32,000 nt of DNA from Aliivibrio fischeri ES114. Lineage in GTDB: Bacteria > Pseudomonadota > Gammaproteobacteria > Enterobacterales > Vibrionaceae. Position numbers and translations under genes: made by a program. Below, piece by piece: positions 27,301-32,000 of the stretch. Below the pieces are notes generated by a model, which saw nothing but the letters and a program-made list of their open reading frames with translations, did no database searches and was not told where the DNA came from. The stretch lies in the NCBI RefSeq assembly GCF_000011805.1, contig NC_006840.2; one strand, written 5' to 3'. The first letter of the stretch is position 1. Each line of letters begins with the position of its first letter.

Positions 27301-30238
27301 GATCGTTATTTGAAGAGAGAAGCGTCCACGTATGAGAATCTAAAGTATCTACATCATCAACAAACAGATCACCACTTGTTGTTAGCGTTGTTTCTTCTGT
27401 CACTGCGCCAGCGATAACTGAAGTATCCGTGATTTCTGGAAAGTCATTCGTACCGGTAACTTCGACAGTTACCGTGTGTGTCACTGTGCCGCCATTACCA
27501 TCATCAACTACAATCTCAAAGGTTTCCGTCTTCACTTCACCATTTGAAATCGCTTGAGTATCTGTAAGTGTATTATCTAAAACATAGGTCCATTTACCCG
27601 TTGAATCTACCGTTAATGAACCATAAACACCGGCACCATCAGTTACTGACCACGTTGCGGTATCATTAACATCTGCATCTGTTGCTTCTAGCTGCCCACT
27701 GGCTTCTGCTACGGTATCTTCAACAACGGCACCGGTATCGGTACCGCTGATAACTGGGCCATCATTTGAGCCAGTAACAGTAATGGTCACTTCTTGAGAA
27801 TCAATGCCACCATGGTTATCTTCAACTTGAACTACATAGGTAATATCTAAGGTTTCACCTACACCAAGAGCAATAACGCTCGCTGAGTTAGTGTTTAAGT
27901 TAAATGTCCATTTACCATCCGCATCAACGCTGAAAGTACCTAAATCATCATTACTATTAGCTTCAACTGTCCATGTGTGAGTATCAAGTGCATCGACATC
28001 TTCAAGAATTAAATCACCCGTTGCGCTTTCTGTTGTTCGGTGCTCAACTGCACCTGTGGTCACAGATGTGTCCGTGATTTCTGGAAGGTCATTGATACCG
28101 GTAACTTCGACGGTTACCGTGTGTGTCACTGTACCGCCATTACCATCATCGACAACAATCTCAAAGGTTTCCGTCTTCACTTCACCATTTGAAATCGCTT
28201 GAGTATCTGTAAGTGTATTATCTAAAACATAGGTCCATTTACCCGTTGAATCTACCGTTAATGAACCATAAACACCGGCATCATCGGTTACTGACCACGT
28301 TGCGGTATCATTAACATCTGCATCTGTTGCTTCTAGCTGCCCACTGGCTTCTGCTACGGTATCTTCAACAACGGCACCGGTATCGGTACCGCTGATAACT
28401 GGACCATCATTTGAACCTGTAACGGTAATGGTCACTTCTTGAGAGTCAATACCACCATGGTTATCTTCAACCTGAACCACATAAGTGATTTCTAAGGTTT
28501 CACCCACACCAAGAGCAATCACGCTAGCTGAATTGGTGTTTAAGTTAAATGTCCATTTACCATTCGCGTCAACGCTGAAAGTACCTAAATCATCATTACT
28601 ATTAGCTTCAACTGTCCATGTGTGAGTATCAAGTGCATCGACATCTTCAAAAATTAAATCACCCGTTGCGCTTTCTGTTGTTCGGTGTTCAACTGCACCT
28701 GTGGTCACAGATGTATCAGTGATTTCTGGAAGGTCATTGGTGCCGGTAACTTCGACAGTTACCGTGTGTGTCACTGTGCCGCCATTACCATCATCAGCAA
28801 CAACTTCAAAAGTCTCAGTTTGAACTTCTCCATTAGACAATGCTTGAGTAGCAGACAAGTTATTATCGATGCTGTAAACCCATTTTCCCGATGCATCAAT
28901 AGTTAATGATCCAAACATACCTAAGCTTGGATCCGTTACAGACCATGTAACCGAATCACCTGCATCAGCATCAACTGCTATCAATTGACCTTCAGCTGAG
29001 TCAATTAAATCCTCGACGACACGCCCAGAGTTAGTGCCACTAATTACCGGTTCATCATTAGTACCGTTGATCGTGATAACAATTTCTTGTTGATCCGTAC
29101 CACCATTTCCATCATCAACTTCAATAGTAAATGTTTCAGTAACAACATCACCTTGACCAAGAGCTTGTGTTGCATCACGAGAATTATCTAATGTGTATTC
29201 CCAGACTCCATTATTGATAGTAAGAACACCATAAACACCACTCCCACCTTCTAAAATAGTCCAAGTATGAGTATCTGTTGCATCAACATCGACTACCGTT
29301 AATGTATCACTAACCGTCGGATTAGGATCCCCAACATCCCCTTCAGTTAAATCACCGACAGCAATCCCTGAGATAACAGGATCATCATTAGTACCAATAA
29401 TAGTTACGGTAACTTCTTGCGTTGATGTTAAATTACCTCCGGCAGAAACAGAGACTTCAAAGACATCAGTAATAATCTGACCATTAGCTAAAGATTGAAC
29501 TGAAAGAGCGCTGTTATTAAGAATATATTCCCACTCACCAGTCACCGCATTTAGAGATAATGTCCCATATTCACTGGTTGCATTGCCATTAATAGACCAA
29601 GTATACGAAAGATTACTTTGAGGGTTCGTGACGGCAAGTTGCCCATCAGTATTAATAATTTCATCTTCTTTTGTCAGACCTGTATTATTTGCGGTAATAA
29701 TCGGATCTGCAGGAGGGTTACTGCCATTACCATCTCCCAAACTATCAATATAGTCTTGATTATCATAAGAAAATTCATTAGAAGTGGTGAAACTTGTTGT
29801 GGCTATTGATGCTGTATATGCGTAATTAATAGTAACAAAACCACTGTTCGCAGAACTGCCACTCTCACCAGCGGCCGTAGCCTCAAGAATTTCAGTGGGA
29901 TCTTCTCCTGCTAAAATAGCATCTTGAATTGCAGCAATATCGTTCTCATCAATAGATTGAGTAGGGTCCAGTTCAATATCCCCTTCGATATTTTTTACTT
30001 GTAATAGTTCTTCTGATTTTGTTTCGTCAAGGCAACTTATACAGTTTTTATCAATCGTTACTAACTTTCCATGAATCTGAACAACTACTTTTGCATCATA
30101 ACCAGTAAATAAAATGTCATCCGCATTCATAGATTGACCAACATTTACTTTTGTTGGCACACCTGACTTATTGAGTGTGTAGGCATCACCTTCTATATTT
30201 TTGATTTCTACTTTTGAAGGTATCAATGTCTCTTTCAT
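18323..30238 (-). CDS. Giant (3,971 aa) type I-secreted repetitive adhesin of the LapA/FrhA class: N-terminal retention module, about 30 VCBS/cadherin-like repeats, C-terminal RTX-like/T1SS target domain
   Basis: Single uninterrupted 11,916-nt ORF with a GGTGG SD. The N-terminus has the pattern V.IKNIEGDAY..K.G....VNVGQ....DILFTGYDAKVVVQ followed by EATAAGES. Roughly 30 modules have the form DVD..DTHTW......YG...(D.NG.WTY.LDN.....Q.L..GE...D.F.V.V.D..GG....V.I.GTND.P). The C-terminus carries GGGGNDIFYF plus ..ADILDLAELL... and ends in MFKVD, typical of the VC_A0849-type T1SS C-terminal target. Confidence 0.9.
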   Translation of the reverse strand: MKETLIPSKVEIKNIEGDAYTLNKSGVPTKVNVGQSMNADDILFTGYDAKVVVQIHGKLVTIDKNCISCLDETKSEELLQVKNIEGDIELDPTQSIDENDIAAIQDAILAGEDPTEILEATAAGESGSSANSGFVTINYAYTASIATTSFTTSNEFSYDNQDYIDSLGDGNGSNPPADPIITANNTGLTKEDEIINTDGQLAVTNPQSNLSYTWSINGNATSEYGTLSLNAVTGEWEYILNNSALSVQSLANGQIITDVFEVSVSAGGNLTSTQEVTVTIIGTNDDPVISGIAVGDLTEGDVGDPNPTVSDTLTVVDVDATDTHTWTILEGGSGVYGVLTINNGVWEYTLDNSRDATQALGQGDVVTETFTIEVDDGNGGTDQQEIVITINGTNDEPVISGTNSGRVVEDLIDSAEGQLIAVDADAGDSVTWSVTDPSLGMFGSLTIDASGKWVYSIDNNLSATQALSNGEVQTETFEVVADDGNGGTVTHTVTVEVTGTNDLPEITDTSVTTGAVEHRTTESATGDLIFEDVDALDTHTWTVEANSNDDLGTFSVDANGKWTFNLNTNSASVIALGVGETLEITYVVQVEDNHGGIDSQEVTITVTGSNDGPVISGTDTGAVVEDTVAEASGQLEATDADVNDTATWSVTDDAGVYGSLTVDSTGKWTYVLDNTLTDTQAISNGEVKTETFEIVVDDGNGGTVTHTVTVEVTGINDLPEITDTSVTTGAVEHRTTESATGDLILEDVDALDTHTWTVEANSNDDLGTFSVDADGKWTFNLNTNSASVIALGVGETLDITYVVQVEDNHGGIDSQEVTITVTGSNDGPVISGTDTGAVVEDTVAEASGQLEATDADVNDTATWSVTDGAGVYGSLTVDSTGKWTYVLDNTLTDTQAISNGEVKTETFEIVVDDGNGGTVTHTVTVEVTGTNDFPEITDTSVIAGAVTEETTLTTSGDLFVDDVDTLDSHTWTLLSSNNDPYGSITVSTNPDGSGKWEYTLNNTAAQVQALANGETYTVEYQVQVDDGQGGVTTETISIEITGTNDDPIVSGQSTGLVKEDTATQSEVEGQLTVDDVDLIDVHSWSVDSNAGTYGSIVIDPATGLWTYSIDNSLPATQALTEGESVEDKFTVTVDDGQGGTDTIEIIITVVGTNGVPIIGGDTVGEVTEDTTLTATGTLTATDEDATSSFNWNIVGSDTGTYGKFTLDASTGVWLYTLDNDAAQSLGAGDDPIKEYYTVELSDGAGGVITETVEITINGTNDKPELSGQTLGSVKEDSIETTEGQLIVDDVDLTDTHTWSVEPATGKYGSIVVDANGKWTYTIDNSLDVTQQLAEGESGEDRFVVTVDDGQGGTEQKEIVISLEGTNDLPSIVDSNDTGTVTEDGVQSISDTLTVEDVDLADTHNWFVIGASESKLGHFSIDAATGEWTFVLKNDEAQLLAKDETVVESFVVVVGDGNNGYAQHTVEVTIVGTNDRPEITGRTTGTAVEDIIPTATGALTAVDVDFTDTHTWLVDGGGVGKYGTMTIDVNGNWIYTLDPSNPDTQALAENQQEFETFTIAVDDGNGGQNAIVITVEILGTNDVPIIGGKTSQTIIEDDKASVSGQLTDGDVDLTDTHTWTLLTDPQGIYGSMSLDANGKWTYTIDNSSPLTQGLLEGQTVKEKFIIQVEDQYGAIDTVEVTVKVKGTNDVPELSGDLSGVVEEDSAITMVNGKLEPDDKDIGDTYTWTLDSKTGSYGTLTLTADGRWVYNLDNDKASVQSLSEGERVQDTFTVTVTDGFGASTSKEIVIDIVGDNDQPSISGATTGSTIEGTPGKDVATGELAAVDIDTLDTHTWSVVTPNGVYGSLVVDPNTGMWTYQLDNSRPATIGISSGQIVQDKFVVQVDDGQGGTSQIEVVIDIAGTNSSPGIIGDTTGEIKEDAAVNVIDGDLNSGDLDTQDTLTWEIVGSTGQYGQFTLDQNGHWTYTLDNSNSTVNGLKEGAELVDTITVKVTDSFGEVSEKEVEITIEGTNDAPTMTGALTGTVIEDTTTVIEGQLKSGDPDVGDVHAWNLVDGVGQYGALTMNANGRWTYSLMNSLAAVQALGPSDILTEIFTVIVTDSQGESVQKDITITIEGTNDLPEITGGTTGEYIEDVSPDVVTGQLIATDVDAGDTTTFEMRTYVGNYGTFYLEADGSWRYEINKDSAAIQSLNEGEMISETFTAVVHDSNGGFTNEQIDFTITGTNDRPVVSGDNAATVIEDAQDFLPPGETFNGQFTKVTGNVIADDIDLGDEVVSWQVINGSGVYGIFTVDENGQWTYLLDNTDPDTNALNFGDVRTEVFQITATDKHGGISEPFEVTITVEGNTDPDGGGGGSYDEVIDIDSIEEGVDGDGNAIGGGSSGTIDLPSGCEIISVDGTSSIDGGLFGSLTVDNDGNWVYDVADDKSYVDSLCEGQEVTERWAVTVQTDCGTETILVNVTITGSNDVPVIIADTDTGELGEVVEDDILEVSGQLEVVDPDSCDTHTWYLVDVDGNKIGTLDPSGENIVIQGVYGELTLNQSTGEWTYVLDNDSEIVQALTPDQIEKEYVRVVVEDDKGAVSSDSTININIIGVADDAPAVAVIEEIEFKEDGSPLTQTGVLDDVAGLTPELTWNLVTGDGTYGHLTLDNNGNWTYVLDNDSLAVQQLNEGELVTDTFSVTVVDKFGKTVVDENGDPLEMIFKVDVTGTNDAPEISGQLTGTISNIDSDGRISGNLNDGDVDTGDTHTWSVADNQGDYGRLMLVNGKWTYTLDTSLDAVKLLGVGETLSDTFEVTVTDSYGETSTETITVTIDGSNLPPEIAQDDQIVMELKEDEKITDSNTLVVTDPNGDDVTFDAKTLTGTYGVFTVDENGVWTYELDNDAAHIQGLREGEVVSETFTVFAVDEHGAKTAQEVTINITGTNDVPKISGMDTASVEEADGSTASGNFVTSDVDVGDNVVVSPGTQGSYGSVSVDNNTGRWTYTVDGNDPAVNSLSKGETLTDTITIIATDDAGDTAEMTITITINGENDAPDLVVTVPSEVTEDTDLNADGNLEVTGNWDDGDPDTADTHIWEVLSGDSLGTLTFDPNGDYKLVIDNSALEIQQLGVGESLDLTYTVKVTDEHGLSSTQDITFTVNGTNDDPEVVDTSILSVDVEEDGIGTQTQSGQLDITDIDLNDTTFDFSVTTSPTDAYGSVTVDANGKWTYVLNNDKAQEIGDETITETFTIQIDDGNGGVITQDVTVNITGTDDDPIIDTTIPQVTEGTVVEDGTLTATGQVSYVDPEGDVINYNVINPPSSPYGTFTVGADGTWTYELDNALAQEIGVAGAQETYTIEVTDQTGGTIQQVITINITGANDDPTIDVSSVIIGSVEEDGTATAIGQLDVSDVDLTDTSFTYTVVSGPNTAATPGDVTGLYGALTVDANGEWTYLLDNDKAQALGDTVATEIFTIEVSDGNGGTVTQDITVSVTGHDDQPIVDAGATQETTGAVVEDGELHAEGTITYLDPEGTLIGYTVSTTSTPLYGTFIVDPATGKWEYDLIDSLAQAIGADGAQESLVIDVTDATGQVTQQVITIDITGENDAPVITGTTTADVKEGVVETVSGQLNATDAESDPIGWQISSSSSATGVYGTLSINAAGLWTYVLTENSTLALATDTTDVFTVEASDGKGGITQQVITVAVAAPNVVQGVSGSDILTGTTNDELLFGNPLDLSDAGTADTFTWTNASIGGDLARDIIKDFDVNSDRIDLTDIANITTVWDSATLASQIQISEVDGSTEIYINEAGSTVQTIVVDGVTLDELTGESTASMTDEEKLTSLTNSGHLVVSDTFGNEANNTLYASGQNDILTGGGGNDIFYFADEIAGSSASPAQTSIADFAVDGVAANNEADILDLAELLPDSIQASSTMDDMLQHINVNIDDSNSQTVLSVTDELGNQTDITLKGVDSTTLGISDLGSMSDQDILSTLYNDFNMFKVD
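19210..29715 (-). repeat. Array of about 30 tandem 100-115-aa VCBS/cadherin-like modules within the adhesin CDS
   Basis: I counted 31 module boundaries of the G(T/S)ND.P type in the translation. The W..YG...D..G.W.Y.LDN core recurs in every module. Confidence 0.85.
27431..28800 (-). repeat. Near-identical tandem duplication of a 645-bp (215-aa, two-module) unit within the adhesin
   Basis: The landmark gatttctgga occurs at 27431, 28076 and 28721, an exact 645-bp period. Copies 27431..28075 and 28076..28720 share perfect runs of over 100 bp and differ at only a few dozen positions by eye. About 80 bp of a third copy continues to about 28800. Confidence 0.9.
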
Positions 30239-30459
30239 GTAACCACCTAAAATCCATTTAACAGCATCAACAAATTAATTTTCACTTAGTCTTTTTAATC
30301 ATAGGACAAAAATGATTATCCCCCCAAAAACCAATGGTTAATTTGTTGTTATAAAAATATTAACTGATAGTTTTATAACATAAAATCATATAAATTTAAG
30401 TACCAATATTCTCATATTCCTTTATTATTCGTTCTGTTTATCCTAAAAGAGACATTGTC

Positions 30460-30810
30460 ATGAGCAAATTAACGTCAGATACTCAAGCAAACTTAGAACT
30501 TTTCATTTCAGAGACAAAAGAAACACAACTAGTGTGGAGTCTTTATAATGAAGACGGTTGGATTTCAGTAGAATCAACAGAATTTGAAAACTCTGAAGTA
30601 ATGCCATTCTGGTCTAATAAAGAAGATGCTGCTTTTCACAACGTTGAAGAATGGGCTGACTTTGAAGTAACAGAAATCCCACTAGATATTTTTGTTGAAG
30701 ATTGGTTAATCACTCTTTCTGAAGATGGTGTTTTAGTTGGTACTAACTGGAATCAACAACTAGAAGGTAAAGAAGTAGAAGCAAGCGATTTAGCTAAGCT
30801 TTACTTATAA
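30460..30810 (+). CDS. Small acidic cytoplasmic protein, DUF2750-like (116 aa)
   Basis: ATG ORF ending at a strong terminator. The pattern VWSL...DGW....S.......MPFWS....A.......W......I.L..F...WL..L..DG.LVG.NW resembles DUF2750 as I recall it. Confidence 0.5.
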   Translation: MSKLTSDTQANLELFISETKETQLVWSLYNEDGWISVESTEFENSEVMPFWSNKEDAAFHNVEEWADFEVTEIPLDIFVEDWLITLSEDGVLVGTNWNQQLEGKEVEASDLAKLYL

Positions 30811-30835
30811 GGTTTATTTTATCTTTAATGATAAA

Positions 30836-30871
30836 AATAAAGGTGGTCAATTATGACCACCTTTTTGTTTT
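30836..30871. terminator. Bidirectional terminator between the DUF2750-like gene (+) and dcuC (-)
   Basis: An 8-bp stem, GGTGGTCA (30842-30849) paired with TGACCACC (30854-30861), with a 4-nt loop. It is flanked by A-rich sequence upstream and a T-run downstream. Confidence 0.8.
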
Positions 30872-30885
30872 TAATGTCTATTAAG

Positions 30886-32000
30886 TTACTGAGTCAATTG
30901 TGTTCTATTATTCTTTCTCTTCATTATCCAACCGACACCAACAGAAAGAACTAATATTACAATCAAAAATGGCATTAATTGCTCTAATTGTCCTCCCTTA
31001 GAAAAAGTTAAAATTAGCATTAATAACCAACCACTTACCATTGGTATCAAAGTTCGACGAACTATATCAAATGGAGACAAACCTGAAATACCGGCAACAG
31101 CAATGATAACACCTGCAATCGGAGATATTGTTCTACCAAAACCTGCAGATAATTGAATTGGTAAGATCATATCTACAGTATTCGCACCTATTTTATGAGC
31201 AATTTGGGGCACCATTGGAGCAAAAGAGAAAAAGGCCGCATTCCCTGATCCCATTAATGCAGAAATAATGAAAGTTAATAGAGCCATAAACAAAATAATA
31301 ACAGCAGCAGAAAGCCCAACGCTACTTGCCATATGTAACATTGAATCAATAGCTCCTATTGACTTTAATCCCATAGAAAAAGTCTGGCCTGCTATAATTA
31401 AAGTTACAACAGAAGCAAAAACTTTTCCCATATCATCAAATACTCCTTGTAGTTTTTCAAATACAGGTTTTACTTCTCTTTCTCGAATAAATTCAAATAC
31501 AAGGCTAATAAAAATACTCAAAATGATAGCAGTTGCCATACCCACATTAATTGTCTTCACGCCAAGGCTACTAAATGTAAGCATAAAAAATAATGGTAAC
31601 ATTGGAAGTATTACATAATAGAAGGGAGCACTTTGTTCCGATTCAATATCTTCATAATTTATTGGCTCTAATGTCTGATTTTTTTCGTCATTACGGTCAA
31701 AAAAACGTTGTGTAATTGCATGCATAATTGCCACAACTATAATCAATACGCTAATAATTGGTAATTGTTCCCCAACAAAGTATTCCGTAATCTCTAGACC
31801 AGCGGTTTGAGCAGCTAAAATTGAGTTTCCTGAACCAGGACCAAACTCAATAGCGCAAGTACTCGCTAATACAGAAGCAACACCCGCTTTACTACAGCCC
31901 AGTCTAATCAATACAGGATAAAGTGTTGCCATCAACAATAAACCAAGTCCCGTTGCGCTTGAGATAAAGAGTGATAACATCTGACCAAGAATAAAGGCAA
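30886..32000 (-). CDS. dcuC: Anaerobic C4-dicarboxylate transporter DcuC family (partial, N-terminus beyond right edge)
   Basis: SSATGLGLLLMATLYPVLI, GNAAFFSF and LSAGFGRTISPIAGVIIAVAGISGLSPFDIVRRT align by eye with E. coli DcuC. The reading frame stays open from 31980 to the window end, so the Met at 31980 is internal. Confidence 0.85.
   Translation of the reverse strand, partial: AFILGQMLSLFISSATGLGLLLMATLYPVLIRLGCSKAGVASVLASTCAIEFGPGSGNSILAAQTAGLEITEYFVGEQLPIISVLIIVVAIMHAITQRFFDRNDEKNQTLEPINYEDIESEQSAPFYYVILPMLPLFFMLTFSSLGVKTINVGMATAIILSIFISLVFEFIREREVKPVFEKLQGVFDDMGKVFASVVTLIIAGQTFSMGLKSIGAIDSMLHMASSVGLSAAVIILFMALLTFIISALMGSGNAAFFSFAPMVPQIAHKIGANTVDMILPIQLSAGFGRTISPIAGVIIAVAGISGLSPFDIVRRTLIPMVSGWLLMLILTFSKGGQLEQLMPFLIVILVLSVGVGWIMKRKNNRTQLTQ

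Noticed and set aside
27431-28800. Considered whether the 645-bp repeats, or the 8-bp repeat at 7700, could be CRISPR-like or mobile-element repeats
   Set aside because: The 645-bp repeats are directly abutting, in frame and coding, with no spacers. The 8-bp units are far too short. No cas genes, transposase or terminal inverted repeats occur anywhere in the window.
18987-29809. About a dozen plus-strand ORFs of 63-130 aa inside the adhesin gene (for example 22998..23390, which is P/S-rich, and 19470..19715)
   Set aside because: All are antisense to the 11.9-kb CDS. Their low-complexity S/P/V/T-rich translations are what the reverse complement of T/D/G/V-rich codons produces. None has an SD or promoter context, and they are embedded in a continuous, strongly supported ORF.
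18268-30459. Considered whether the adhesin locus is a horizontally acquired island
   Set aside because: There is no flanking tRNA, integrase, IS element or direct repeats. By eye its base composition and codon style resemble the surrounding core genes, and it is bounded by ordinary bidirectional terminators. I cannot compute GC skew here, so this stays open but unsupported.

Overview
AT-rich chromosomal segment that looks like Vibrionaceae (possibly Aliivibrio- or Photobacterium-like). This taxonomic call is inferred from gene content and composition, not from a search. Most of the window is housekeeping: cysB (partial, runs off the left edge), miaE, an SOS-boxed sulA-like gene, a co-directional DUF2884-glutaredoxin-FapA/DUF342 cluster, purC with a PurR box, a small OM beta-barrel gene, hrpA, and the E. 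coli-like tusE-acyP-rlmI block interrupted by two MCP chemoreceptor genes. At the right edge are a DUF2750-like gene and dcuC (partial). The dominant accessory feature is one 11.9-kb gene (18323..30238, minus strand, 37% of the window) encoding a 3,971-aa LapA/FrhA-class type I-secreted adhesin. It has an N-terminal retention module with a TAAG di-alanine (LapG-type) site, about 30 tandem VCBS/cadherin-like modules, and a C-terminal RTX-like/T1SS target region. Its repeat array includes a near-identical 645-bp tandem duplication and one aberrant Cys- and Gly-rich module. No T1SS transporter or lapG/lapD gene is in the window. I found no CRISPR array, IS element, integrase, tRNA/rRNA gene or clearly novel multi-gene system. 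The most unusual small-scale observation is a glutaredoxin whose C-terminal tail resembles the R1-binding tail of class Ia ribonucleotide reductase R2. All homology calls come from reading the translations and from memory of the families. No database search was run.
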